Source: Lingula anatina (Eukaryota > Animalia > Brachiopoda). From it: 64,000 nucleotides of DNA. This document shows positions 43,501 through 56,800 of the stretch, piece after piece. The stretch lies in assembly GCA_051362555.1 (NCBI GenBank), contig CM120640.1:2604001-2668000 (forward strand). The letters run 5' to 3'. The first letter of the stretch is position 1. Each line of letters starts with the position of its first letter. The notes beneath the pieces are model-generated. The model saw only the letters and a program-made list of their open reading frames with translations, was not told the DNA's origin and did not search any database. The translations under genes were made by a program, and so were the position numbers.

Positions 43501-46482
43501 TTTGTCAGATTTAATCATTCACTATGTTCAGAATCTCAGAATGGAGGAAATTGGACATTTAACACTGTTGTATTGATATTTTTCCCATCTCATCAATTTT
43601 CTTAGTTGATCGTATAAAAATGGCAGTAACCTGTTAATTTTGTTTTATGTTTAAAAAATTATAAAAAATAAAAAAAAAACATTTCAGAACAGTGCTGTCT
43701 TGTTTACATTTTGGCATTTTCAAGTTGTGACTTTGAAGTTCCATGGGCCTGAAGACCTTTGCTAGTCACATTTTCTGAATATCCATGATACTAATATTTT
43801 ATTATTAGAAATTGATGGTCATTATGCTGTTAAACATTATGTAATATTGCATCAAAATTTGAAAAAAATCTATTTTGGGCACTGCTCCCATGATGAGCAT
43901 TTAAGAAAAACCATGTCACTTACTGTTCTCAAACAGTACAGTAAATATGTACAGATGTGTCTGTACATATTGCCATCACCTGCGTCTGTCGTCGCCGTCG
44001 TCACTGTCGCTGGTGCCGTGCACTTTCATTGTAAACACGATAAGTGGAAGGCAATTTTACTTTTTGACTGTATATTTACAGAGCTGATGAATATTCATAA
44101 AATGCAGATCAAGTTCGAAAATCAGCATGATCGGGCCACTATTTTAGTAGTTATGCTGTTTTTTCATTTTTCAGCATATATGCAACACTGTAAACACAAT
44201 ATAAGAAAAACAGGCCAATTGTCATTAAACTCACAGGAGTGGTCATTCCTGCTAAAACGCAGGTTGAGTTAAAAAAAACAGCATAATCGGGCCATTATTT
44301 TAAAAAAATGCCGTTTTTTCACATTTCCTCAGATTCAATTCTTAGGCATGTTAACAGTTTCATTATTTAATTAATAAGATACGTAAAAGTGTTTGTTTGG
44401 CATTTCCTGCATCTTTACAACATTATTATTTGATTATGTAAAAATGATGGTAAACTTGTTATCATGTATTGTGTGTAATAAAGTTTCAAAAATGGAAATA
44501 AACTCATATCATTGCAGTTTGTCAGATTCAATCATTCACTATGTTCAGAATCTCAGAATGGAAGAAATTGGACATTTAACACTGCTCTATTGATATTTTC
44601 CCCATCTCATCAATTTTCTTAGTTGATCATATAAAAACGGCAGTAAACTGTTAATTTTGTGTTATGTTAAAAATTATAAAAAATAAAAAAAAAACATTTC
44701 AGAACAGTGCTGTCTTGTTTACATTTTGGCATTTTCAAGTTGTGACTTGAAGTTCCATGGGCCTGAAGACCTTTGCTAGTCACATTTTCTGAATATCCAT
44801 AATACTAATATTTTATTATTAAAATTGATGGTCATTATGCTGTTAAACATTATGTAATATTGCATCAAAATTTGAAAAAAAGTATTTTGGGCACTGCTGC
44901 CATGAGGACCATTATGGGAAAATCATGTTACTTATGATTGCCTTACTTTCAATAAAAGAAATACAGGACTTAAATGCAGCCTGAGTTGGAAAAGCAGTCT
45001 AATTGGCTTCTTTTTCTGGAAGTTATACATATACAAAGTGTGAACTTGTTACACATTTTACTTACATTGGTATTACCTGTTGAGCATAATTAAAATTTGA
45101 TGTTGAATTTGCAGTTTAACATAATGTACTTTTGCATCAGAATTGACAGTAGCCTATTTTGTGCATAGTTATTTCCTGTTTTTTGTCTGTACATTTGACA
45201 GCTTTGCTGCCTTGTTGATGTAATAATGTTTTAACAGTTAGTTATGCTTTAACATAACAATTTAACTATCAGAAAACAATTGTGTATCTTTTTTTTCAGC
45301 TGGGTTGTTGGGGGGTGTATAACTACTCAGACTGGTTTAAGTCACATGCTTGTTTGAACAGTTTTAGTAATGCTTTAATGTATCAGATATCAGATATCAT
45401 ATTTTAAAACTTGATTTTTTTTCAGCTGGGTTGTTGTGGGGTATACAACTACTCAGACTGGTTTAAGTCCCATGCCTGGCCAGACAAGGACTGGGTGCCA
45501 GACTCCTGTTGTAGAGCCTCACAGCATTCAACCCTCTGTGGGAGAACTGGAAACCCTGCCATGTGGCAGAGCCATGTAGGTGTTATATGCATCTATAGTT
45601 GTATGTGAATTTTCTCCAGTTCATCATTATTTGTATTGATATTTTGATATGATATGATATGATATGATATGATATGATATGAAATGCAGATTTCTTTTCA
45701 ATAAGTTTTAAAAAATAAGGCCATAATATTTTGGTTGTGAACTTTTAATTAAAAATAAAGAAAAATGTGAACAGTTATCTTTTATGAAAGATATACAGGT
45801 GACTCAAGCAATATAATTTTTCTGAGGTCTGCAAACATTGTCTGAAATAAACAAACAAAAAAACATTGTTTTATTATATGATTTAATACTTGAATGTCAA
45901 TATCTTCCAAGATAACAACTTGAAACATTGCTATCATTTGACATTGTTGTCATCTGATTTATAATATATGTCATTTACTCTGACTGGTAAAAAAAATTCA
46001 ACCATTACATCATTACCATTAAATATTATGTTTGGTGATGAGATCATTTGTTAAATATTCAACATTCAGCTTTATCAGACCTCAAAGTCTTTGTATATTA
46101 GATCCTATTCGATGCTAATTATAATAACATGATTTATTTCCGATTGGTTTCAATTACAGGGGTGTTTTAATGAGCTGAAGTATTGGTTGACCCAGCATTT
46201 ATACATACTAGGTGTAGTGGCAATTACCGTAGGAGTGATACAGGTATGGAATAGTTTCCCTTTGAATGGTGAAGACATTGGGAATAGACTTGTGATGATT
46301 CTTTTGTCTGTAGCAACTTGTATTTGACACCTATCACAACCTCATTCCCTGATGAAGTCTGGGAATGACTTATTGGCTGGTAAGACCTGGCGAATATAAG
46401 TAGCTATAGCCACAGAATCTTCACAAGTCTATCACAATAACATAGCTTATGAAACTGTACTACACTATTGGTAAGAGTGTTT

Positions 46483-46534
<52 letters not shown>

Positions 46535-47408
46535 TGCTGCCAGTTTAATTTACCATCTCTTGTGAGCTTGGTGTCAAGTTATAGGCAGTTTGAAACTAAT
46601 ATCACAACTTGTAAGTATATTATTCATCCCATGCAAATTTGTCTTTTACAATAAAAGATCGACAGAATTAAAGGTGTCCCAAAGTCATATTTTTGGTGTA
46701 AGTGCCTTGCAAAATTACTTATTTGTTCCAATTTAAACCTTTTAAAAATAATAAAATCTCTAAAATAAAAGTACCTGATGTCGGTATTTTCTTTGAAATA
46801 CCAGGAAGTTAATGGTAGTTGCAATTATCATGATTTAATTAGAACTATGTTATTTAATCAGAAATGGTACAAAACATCAAATCCAAATGTAGGGACAGGT
46901 TGAGAAATGATTTGTGAATAGCATCATGCCTTCCCAACTACCAGACTCGGTACCGAACGACCCTGAATTCACTGGTAGATCGGACCACACTACCATTTTC
47001 AAGGTGTGCGTCAGTACGCTCTTCGAGGTATCAGACACGACACCGCTCTTGCCTAGTATGCGATGTGATAGCAATTATTCTGAGCAGGGTTGGAAAGTAG
47101 TGCATCTCATCTCAAAATTTGTTCCGAGGTATGATACTGTGAAATGCGTACTGACACACACCTTGAAAATGGGCAGTGTGGTCTGATCTACCAGTAAATT
47201 CGGGATCATTCAGTGCTGAGTCTGGTAGTTGAGCATGAAATTGCTTTTTTTCTTGGGGAAGATTAGATTAGGTAAGAAAATCCCATATGGTATACCTATT
47301 ACGTTTTCAGTTTTGTTTCTGATTCTCTTTTACTATTTTTAGATTTTGGGAATGGTTGCAGCCATGGTGCTTTACTGCTGCTTGAGAAACAACAAATACT
47401 ACAGATAA
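37580..47408 (+). CDS. Tetraspanin, TSPAN4/TSPAN9-like, 244 aa
   Basis: Exons 37580-37639, 37920-38111, 38945-39019, 39198-39305, 45426-45575, 46160-46243, 47343-47408, all phase 0. Motifs IKY..FNCLFW, GFFGCCGA, CCGVYNYSDW, VPDSCC, GCF; four TM segments. Confidence 0.95.
38141..38367. mobile_element. Foldback MITE with long imperfect inverted arms (~85 bp)
   Basis: CAGATTCACACATTGTACTA...GGTCCAACT...TGCAATCAGTG is mirrored by CACTGATTGCA...AGTTGGACC...TAGTACAATGTGTGAATCTG. Confidence 0.75.
38385..38560 (-). mobile_element. RTE-clade LINE 3' fragment
   Basis: Minus-strand translation WTQPRKRNRGRPKGAW, frameshift, TIKAGMKTTGLAWITIGTAGQERESWRPLVSVLC matches the typical RTE ORF C-terminus (W.P.GKR.RGRP..TW...AQDR..WR.LV.ALC). 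Confidence 0.75.
39584..45211 (+). mobile_element. Helentron/HINE-like non-autonomous element with internal duplication (two partial copies), interrupted by a nested TIR element
   Basis: 5' hairpin TATGTACAGACAC-agat-GTGTCTGTACATA after a T run, (GCCGAT)n-type microsatellite, ~160-bp tandem units (39767, 39926, 40086), second copy from ~43947, and a probable 3' end TGTCTGTACAT plus small hairpin at 45184-45211. Confidence 0.65.
40295..43042. mobile_element. 2748-bp non-autonomous DNA transposon, Sola2-like (GGG termini, 4-bp TSD)
   Basis: Perfect 22-bp TIR GGGCATTTTTACAATCCTGGGC and TSD TTAT. The empty site GGTAAACTTGTTATC is visible in sister repeat copies at ~43433 and ~44449. No ORF. Superfamily assignment is inference. 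Confidence 0.8.
45290..45350 (+). pseudogene. Degenerate duplicate of the tetraspanin exon 5 acceptor and first ~17 codons
   Basis: ttttcag CTG GGT TGT TGG GGG GTG TAT AAC TAC TCA GAC TGG TTT AAG TCA CAT GCT, 126 bp upstream of the true exon. Confidence 0.85.
45646..45680. repeat. (GATAT)n microsatellite
   Basis: Direct reading. Confidence 0.9.
46486..46531. repeat. (TA)n microsatellite
   Basis: Direct reading. Confidence 0.95.
46935..47231. mobile_element. Foldback MITE with ~90-bp imperfect inverted arms
   Basis: CAACTACCAGACTC...ACTGGTAGATC.GACCACACT...TTTTCAAGGTGTG.GTCAGTACGC is mirrored at 47146-47231. Confidence 0.8.
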
Positions 47409-50400
47409 CCCTTGGCAAACCCTGATCAGACCACGCCCTTGCTTATCTGGAAGAATCTGAGGTGTTTCAGGTTGGAATCCAGTCTGGTTACCCTGAAGTC
47501 AGTTGCTGTCTTGTTACCTATAAACCAAGCAGTGGCATTTTATAGGGTTCATGTTAGTGAAAAGATTTGAGGGGGATTTGCTTAGGTCAGAAACTAAATT
47601 ACTGTTTCTGTACCTTCCAAACAAGCAGTGGGATGAAATGTAGATTAATCCAATAGTAGTATATTGAGACTACTGCTTTGTTTTACAAGAACATTCCCAC
47701 ATGAACAAAAAGTTATGAAAAGAGGATCAAACAGTGTATTGCATTTATCTTTGAAGCATAAGCATTTGCCTTCTAGTTGAAGATTTATGATTATAATAAT
47801 ATGCAGCAAGTGGTGGAACCAGAGTTGCCCTTTCTGATATGATGTCAAAACCATAGTGAGAAAGAAAAACTGGATGTATTAGGACATTTTGAAGATTTCA
47901 TTTATTTGCTGTACAGTAGTTGGAATCACAATAGCTGGCACATTGTATAACAAATATTAAGTATAATACTATAAATAATACTCATGTAAATAACTTTTAT
48001 AGTTTAATATTTAGCATATATATTTTTAAAAACTGAGCATTTAAGCTGTCATATCCATTAATGAAACACTCCTCTTAAAATGTTCATATCAGTATATTTC
48101 ATTTTAAAAGGCACTGGTTTTGAGCTGACTGATAGCTATTTATTTTAATTGAAATTTGTGTTTTACCTCGTAACTGAAGGAAATTAGGACTGAATTATGT
48201 GTAAAAGATCTGACTGCTGGAGAGTGATAGGACAGCTACTTGTTTGAGATGAAGTGCGTTTTAGGTTCATTTTAGATATTTGTTTGGCGTTGTCTTTGCT
48301 GTTAGTTTTTATTTGGGTATTCATTTCCTTTCATATGTAAAATTTAGAACCAACTCTGTTCCTAAGATTCTTGTCAATGTGCCATTTTTGCATTGTATGA
48401 TTTGAATTAACTTGTATACAAATGTAGAACATACCATTTTGTTCAATGAAATGGTATCCTTATCATTTCATTTGAAACACATGCTGATAGGCCTATGTGT
48501 AAAACTACTTATTAATAATAAATTTATAATGTATTTTTATGATTTGTAATATTTTACAATATTATCAAAGTAAATACCTTGAAAGAAGTTTTTCTTCTTA
48601 ATTGATGACAATCCTGAAATTTTGTCACACAATCTAATTTAGTAGATTGGAAAGATAGTGTTACTGTAACTTCCCACACTTAGTTTATTCATCCCTTTTT
48701 GACTCAATTGAAATTTATATTCTCTCATTATATAGCTTTAGAAGTAATTAGTACCAGAAATTAATCATCAAATTAGTTTTTTATTAACGTGCAAGTGGAA
48801 GCTAGATACTCCCTGTGTTATTCATTTATAGAAGTATAGAACATGAAGCACTTATAACATAAAGCACACTCACTCATCCATGATGTCATGTTGTCACTTT
48901 TGTTATGGAATCAATACATGGTACACTGGCAGATGGAGAGTTAAAAACCTATTTGTAAACAAGTGTTTAGACACTCATGCCCCCCCCCCCTCCCCTTTCT
49001 GTTTTAATTTGGAGCATGGCACTCGGGTGCTAAAATGAATCATTAAGAAAAAAATAAAACAATTTCAGGGTTTGTCAGGGTGTCTGATAAACCTAAGAGA
49101 CAGTTAAATGTTATTTACCAGTCATGACTGTATACCCTATATACCATTTCCTTCATAAGGCGTACTTATGTTAATATAATTTTAATCATGAAAGAATAAA
49201 TTGAAAATTTTTCCAGATAGTTTTTTTACTTTTCCTTAGTCTTCAATTATTATTCTGACACCAGACATGTAATGGTGTAATCAAATGAAGAGAAATAGTC
49301 TTTATAACTTTTTAAAGCTCGTTTAGTTCCGTCATGAAGAATCCCCATTCTGATGATAGGAAACTAGTTGCCAGACACATCCTGTATCAATTTTCATACA
49401 TTAGGGAAGGGGTGGGGGGGATTGTTTCTATTCAAAAAGTTTCAAATTCCCAAAAATTGTGAAAATGTCAGTTGTGAAGAAAAATATATATGAACAAACA
49501 ACATGTCAAATGTTTGATAAGATTAATAAAACTGCATCTTTCACAAGATATTTTGATTACCACTTGGTGTACATATTTAAGTGTCATATTTTAAAACTCC
49601 ATTTTGCATCTGATCATGATCAGGAATTGAAGCTCTTTAAAGAAGACATCACACATATGTGCATTTGTATGTAATGTGTGGAGAAAAATCTTGATGCAAA
49701 CAAAATGACAGGAGAACACGAGCTTTAAAGAAGATAAGCATTTCATCCTGAAGATGCATGTCAAGCGACATACTTCCTATGGATCCCAGTTTCCTATCCT
49801 CAGCAAAATGTGTTCTACTGCAAAATTGGGTAAAATAAGGTTAAATGAAGTAATTCAAGTATTCAATTAAAAAAAAAAAAAAAAAAACTTGTTGCTATGT
49901 AATTTAATTTTCCGGTTTTGACTATTCAATTCTACCAATTCTTGAAAACAAGGTAGTGCATGTTTACTATGTGGGGCACTGAATAAGTGGATGGGGCTCT
50001 GAATTCAACTTTAAAAAAAAAATCATACTTATTTTACATCTGGTCTTCATTTCAAAGGTTTTTTAGAAATAAATACCATGCTGACTGGCAATTAATTCAC
50101 CCAAACTGTTACCTTGCTTAAAACTTTATCTTCCTCAATCCTTCAAATACTATCTGCAACACCTCATTGCACAATGCATCCCTGGATATCCCCCTCCCCC
50201 CCCCCAAAAAAAAAAAAAAACCCTGTTCTCACCTTGATGGATAGATTTCCTGTGAAACGTCATTGGGAGTAGCAAACACAATACAAATTTAAACTGATTT
50301 ATTTGATATCTATATGAACATTACAATATGTTCTCTGTTGTAACATATCTGAGAGACCTGTGCCAATATCTAACTTAACGGGAACACAAATCAAAACTTT

Positions 50401-50844
50401 TGGGTGCAAGTTGATGAGACAGTACTTTGAGGTAATCCCGGTTAACCGTTACCACTTGTGACATGCCAACTTCTTACAAATACCAACAACATACAAAGCA
50501 GAGATAGCTTGCATTTCTACATTGTAGTCATCTTGTTATGTAGCACACAGTTTAAACAGCTAAAACCTGACGTGACATAACACAGCTGGCTTAGTTAAGG
50601 GTACTTCAGAGCACAAAATACATTTCAGCATTCCATCACCACAACTCTAATTTACTCAACTGAAACGAGTATAATAAATAACGTCTTTAAAATCAAAAAA
50701 GATGCTTTCTATAACTCTCACCTCACACACAGATTTTTCATATTTTTAGATGTTAGTCTGCATAAGGTCAAGTCTTTTAAAAAGTTTTTCATATTTTCAG
50801 TAAATTTGTGACAAGTTAACATAACACTAATATGAAAGCAATCG

Positions 50845-53417
50845 TTACATCTCCTGTCTTTGTTTGTCTGCTTCTTCAGAAACATTCACTAATTGAAACC
50901 AATATCCACAACTACATCGACTTGGTTCCCCTTCGTGGAGTTCCATCCATAAAATAGCATGCGATTCTTCTTCACCTGAAAAATTTTAAAAGAGAAAACT
51001 AATCAATCATGCACTGAAAGCTAATGCATAATATGCAAATTAAACCAAACCTCCGAAAATAGCCCCAAAAACCTCATTGGGATAGTGAGGGTCACAGTTA
51101 CCATTCTCTATACACAAGATCTGCCTGAGAGGCTTGGTCCATATGAAAGACACAAGGTAAAATCTTACATGCAACCTATAAGCATTCTTAGAAACCAAAT
51201 ATTTAATAGTGCACCCCAAGAACCGCACCCTCACGGAGAGAAATTCTTGTATCATATACCAGATCACCTGTAATTGAAATAAGATGATGGCCCCAGGACA
51301 TTTGGTTCAAATAACATTAAGTAAACAAGCCCACTGTCACATAGCCTCTACAGGCTAGGACTGCTTTCCAAAACACGACTTCTATTGGCTCTTAACTTGT
51401 TATTTCACAAGTTCTCAATCTAAACTATATGTAAAGTTTCAGTCTTTATTTGAAATTTCAATTAGGCAAAAAAAGCGTTTGTAAATAAAAACCAATTAAC
51501 ATTCACCAGCCTGATCTGATACTCACACACACATCCTATTAGCCTGTGATCCATAACAGAGGGAACCAAGTTAGGGAACTCACGGGTCCCTACATTTTGT
51601 CGTATCATTCTGTAGTCATAAACATCAAAAGAGTCCTGAAAATTAAAAATATTTTAATTATTTAAACATCATTTATCAACTCTGCTTTGAATATTCACAT
51701 CTTTGAAATTTCAGCATAATTGTGACATTTGCAACTTGCCAAGTTTAAATAATTTACTTTTTACAACCCTTTTATCTATCCTTCCAAGTGATAAAGTTGA
51801 ACACCAGACATGCTGAAACTTTGACCGACAAAATTTGTCTGGACCGGTAAAAAAAAAATTTAGTTGGTCTAAAGTACCCAGGAGAGTTTTAACTTTAAGA
51901 GCCCCCATTTTGAATTTATAGTCATCATTCGCCATACTTCACTAATTTAAAACTGATTTAGTTATTTGCAAATTAGCATGAATAATAAACACCAAATATT
52001 TCTTTTGTTGAGCATTGGAAATGAGTTTTTTTCATTTGATTTTCAATGATAAGTTTTAATTAAGAGTGGAATTTAAGGACTTTCAAAGGAAGAAATGAAT
52101 TTAAGCACTTTTAAAACCTATATGAACCCTAGAACTTGTGAAATGAGAACCACAATAAAACAGTGCTTCAAAAGTGTCGGTTTTTGATTTTTAAATAAAC
52201 AAAACATCTAAATTATTGATAGTTTTCAATGCTGAGTATATAAATATTTTCAATGCTGAGTATATAAATACAAGTGTTACTTCTATGAACTACCATGCAA
52301 ATGAAATGCCACCAAATTTTATAAAAAACTTCAGTCCGGCAAAAGTCCATTCGGTCCGGCAAGTTTTTCCTTACTGTCAGTTCTAATGTCCGGCCACTCT
52401 GAAAAGTTTTCAGCATGTCTGGAACACTGTCAAATATTATGAAAACTCAAACTTACAACGCCCATGATATCTTCAAGAATTTCTGCTCGATGCTCACCCA
52501 TTGAATAACCCAAAGAATCAGGGTAATGTATACCTTTTTTAACTGAAATTGAAAAAAAAAAAAAAAAAACATTAATTTAATACATGAATGCATTATAAAA
52601 AACATCAGCTCATTTAAATAGAAAGCAGCATTATACATAACACTGTTTTGGCTTTAAAACACCTTTAGCAGTTCATAACCTTGTTACTTCTCTAAAGTGA
52701 ATCTTCAGAAATGCTATTACATATAAGGATGTGGAGTTGCTGTGAGAGATCTATTTATCTATCTATCTATTCTTTTGCCTCAACAGTGATTTCTGAACAG
52801 TGAATCAAAAATGTGACATGAAATACCATTTACTGAAATGAGTGACAGTAAAATCGTGATGCTTAGCCCAGAAAGTGAACCAATATATACCAAAATAGCT
52901 TCATATAAGATCTGTATTCTACTGATAACTGACACGTAAACATAAAATGAATTTGTTTGAAAAAGGGCAATAAAATAATTACCTGAAGTGTAAAACAAGG
53001 AATAATTTGCAATTGACAAGTTGCATAACCACTGACACACAGTGCCGAGCTAGGAGCTCATTTTGACAACTTTGAAACAAGATAATGTTAGTGCTAAAAT
53101 TCCAAGACGAACAAAATTCTGTGATATTTTTTACAAAATAAAAAATTTCCAGTTTGCGTTCATCATAACAGGAAAGCAGGATTATTTGACAACAAACACG
53201 GGATCTACGTGATCTTTTGGGGACTCCTGCCATGCGCATTTAACCTTTCTCAAAAACGAACAGTATTTTATGCCAGACGCACTGAGATCTTACATTGTCT
53301 CCCTCTCATAACATCCTGTGCTGGAGGTTTATAGTCGCTGAGACAAACAGATGATGTGCAAAGCTGTCTAGATACTACATTTTTCAAAGAACTCGCAGCA
53401 CGACGGACCAACGCCAT
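50845..53417 (-). CDS. COX5B: Cytochrome c oxidase subunit 5B, mitochondrial precursor, 149 aa
   Basis: Exons 53417-53294, 52542-52457, 51635-51527, 50975-50845, in phase. Basic transit peptide MALVRRAASSLKNVVSRQL. Zn-binding domain GTREFPNLVPSVMDHRLIGCVCEEESHAILWMELHEGEPSRCSCGYWFQL. Confidence 0.93.
51805..52421. mobile_element. hAT-like non-autonomous element with 6-bp TSD in COX5B intron 2
   Basis: GAACAC|CAGACATGCTGAAA...TTTCAGCATGTCTG|GAACAC, with subterminal repeats of GTCCGG/GACCGG. Confidence 0.75.
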
Positions 53418-53824
53418 TTTCTCAGGAGCGTAAAGAACTCTCGCAGAAACTCGTGCTTCAACGTCCTGTGAAGGAGTGTGAAGGTCTTTCCTTCAAGGTT
53501 GCAAGATAAACTTTAAAAATTGGTCTAATTAACTAATTATTGCCAGTATTTATTATTCATAGGAGTACATCCAAAAGATAATTAAAGATTTTGTTTTTTA
53601 ATGTTCGTGTTGACAGCATTTGGAAGCCAAATCAAAGTTAATGTTTATGGCTTATCTTGTGGTCAAAGGTCACGCACGTGTTTATATCAGTTCAGAGGCG
53701 TCGGATTTGAAATCAAAAACATAAACTAAGTATGATCGAGGCTTCCAAATACTGGACTCTAGATATAGAATATAGAGCCGAATGAAAATGTACTGGTTTA
53801 TATGAAGGCATCTTAATATTCATC
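53418..53824. promoter_or_regulatory. Putative bidirectional promoter of COX5B and the MIF4G gene
   Basis: Divergent ATGs only ~400 bp apart. YY1-type CGCCATTTT overlaps the COX5B start; CACGTG and AAGGTCA motifs are present. Confidence 0.5.
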
Positions 53825-56800
53825 ATGACAGCAAACAGAATAAGAGTTTACAAGGCTGCCACTGAACGATTGGTAATTATCAAAAATTAATTTGCCGCAG
53901 TTTTCGGACTTACATACTGTCAGACTACCGTATGTTAGCACTACCTGAAATGTGAATTTGTCTGTTCATATCACTTTTATTATTAAGTAGGATAAGCTTG
54001 ATGTATTTGGAGTATTTATAGAATTTTAATTAATAGATATATGGTACCTCGGACCCATCAGACATGTACTAGTATACTTTTATTGTACGTTTATGATGGG
54101 TCCCTGTTAATTGTACCACCAGCGCGGTGCTGGCGGTACACATGGTTTTAGTCCTGACCGGTCTTGTCCATCTCATCCGCCGGCTCTGGTGCCATGTCAC
54201 CATTACCCCTTCTCCTACTAGACTACAGGAGCCTGCGTATAGACCCATCTCTTGGATTTAGGTCACATGTACCCTGTAATAACCAGTCAGTAGGTTATAC
54301 AGGTTCTTTGATTCACTTTCCACAAGTAAGACAACCGAGAAAGGCAGGTATCAAAATTAAATCTTGATTTACATTTTAAATGAACTTCTCTAAATGACAT
54401 GCAACATGCCATGCCTATATACATTTGAATAATTAAAACGTAAATAAATATATGCATATCTCATGTATGCAAATTTAGAAGACTATCACTACAGTCAATG
54501 GTTCACTAAGTACAATTAATGGTTCACTATACCATATTGTTGCGCTATATCAAAGAGTACAACATTGCAATTTTCAGTGGTGAAAATAAAATTTGAAAAT
54601 ACTTCAAAATTAGCAGAGGTAAGCCCAAAGTTACTCTTGAACTCGATAGTAAGTCATATATTGGCAATCTAACTGTGACCTTGAAATTAACCTTTGACCT
54701 TCTTTTCACCATGAACTGAACTTTGTAACTTTTCTGTCCCTCATATTTTTGACCTACTTTTCACCATGGACAGCACAAATTTGGGTTTGACCTTTTACTT
54801 TTCCCCATGATTTTGTTATAAATAAATATTTTCAATTAAAAAAAATGAGAACTCTTGTGTACTGCATTTTGTAAAGCTTGTCAAGCACAACAGTGGAGGT
54901 GGTGTCCCTTTTTTTTTCAATATACGAATGCGCTTACTCCAGCTGGTGTTGCAATACCCAAAGGTGGTATTGCCTCTCTGATCCTTTAGTTTAATAATTA
55001 GTATGCTGTATTTAGATTCCTCAACTGATCTGATTGTACATGTAATTTTACTTGTGGAATTTAGTATTTTATAAAGTTCACATTGCAGAATGCACCTGAA
55101 GAAATTTTCAAGGAGCTCATAAACGACTACTACCTCAGTGTCCTCCTTGAAACGCCAGATGAGAAAGAAGATGTGTTGCAGAACTGGTTCAGAACAGTCA
55201 GTTGTCAGGAGAGTGAATACGGCCTCAGGGCTGCAGCAAGGGCTTTAATTTACCAGGTATATGTACTTAATTGTACTGCTGTAATCATACGGTTTCTTTT
55301 CTGAAAATTCTCAAATGATTGTATGAAAAATAATGAGCATGAAAGAAAAAGATGTATTGTGTAAGGTTTTTACCCTCTACAGGCCACAGGTTGATTTTTC
55401 ACTAGATATTCACAGATAATTAATATCTCTGGCTAAACATAGTCAATCTTCTAACAGTGACCACATGTGCTGAAATCTCTAGGTTGATTACATGGCTGGT
55501 AATTGTTTGCATAACTACTCAGGAATTGCCACTTAACTATGTTTATTTCACTGTAACATATGCATCCACTTGTGTGGATGAAAATGACAATATGAATACA
55601 ATTTTTGTGAATATGTTATTTAACAATCACAATGAGTAGGAATATTTACTTATTTACTATTTAAAAAAAAAAAAATTACTATTACTACTATTACTCAATT
55701 GCCCATGAGTACAGCACTGTCTTGTACAAGGTAGATCCCTCCTAGCAAAAGCGGAGGAGAGAAACTGAGCTAGTGCAATAATGGTTTCTTTTTCTTGACA
55801 TTTCATAATTATAGTAAATTTTTCATCAGTTGTTTTTAGGCCAAAATGTGTGTCGTGTTTTGTAAATACCTTATATAATATTGTGCGCAGGTCGTTGTAT
55901 AGGGGGCATGTGCTATGTACTGCTTAGTTCCCGTGACAGCAATCAAGACAGTTAATTGCTCTGAATTTAATCACTTGCTCTTTTTTGACAGATAAAAATA
56001 GCCCTTTCTGAATAGCTTGTTACTTCAGATTGAAGTGAATTGAGAAATCTCTTGAAGTAGCTCCCTACAAAGTGGGGACAGTGCCATCTGATTGCAGATT
56101 TATTTGCTTCCATCTGGTCAAAACTTACAGGGTAGCTGGTGGAAACTATGCGGGCATTCACAACAGAGCGATGATCCTCTGATCTACTGTGGAGGCAGTG
56201 AGACCATCAGCGGAGTAGTCTGCTCTTCTTTCATATAGGGTCTGAGGATCATCTGTTTTGAATGTGACCAATGCCCTCTATAATATCTGTCGCCCTGGTA
56301 GAGGGTACTAGTGTAAGGTTTTATTGCTGTTGAGACATTTGCTAGCTATATATTAGTTGACCTCACTGCAGATAAAGTTTATGATGGAATATTATTATTA
56401 TATAGTATATTTTCCAAATAGTTGTATGCTATTTTATGATGAGGAATATTGATATTCTATACACTTTATTATTATTGTCCTTTAAAAATGTTTGAAAAGT
56501 ATTTTCACAGTACATAGTTATGCAGTCACTTACACCCCATTTCCATAGATTTTTAGATCGATCTATCCCTGTGGGGAGTCTCACTAGATTACTGTCAGCT
56601 TGGCCGGCTTAAGCGTCTGTCCCGCCTACTAAAAGCTGTAAGGGGGTAATTAACTATGGTGCACGCTCGGCTGACTGCAATTTAGTGTGAACCCCCAGGG
56701 AGTTAGATCGATCTAAATCTCTGGGAAAGCACCCTTATTGCAGGGTTAAGAAGTGGTATGGGGTACATGAAAGTAATACTTATTTGGCAAGGTGCTAGCT

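Noticed and set aside
39560-44593. ORFs of 65-153 aa inside the tetraspanin intron
   Set aside because: Translations of the HINE microsatellite and 160-bp units; frames are not conserved between the two copies.
51040-51273. Possible alternative last exon of COX5B
   Set aside because: In the required phase it stops after ~20 codons with no Zn-ligand cysteines; more likely a repeat remnant.
55960-56320. GC-richer intronic block resembling an exon
   Set aside because: Stops in the plausible frames, and the MIF4G exons join in phase without it.
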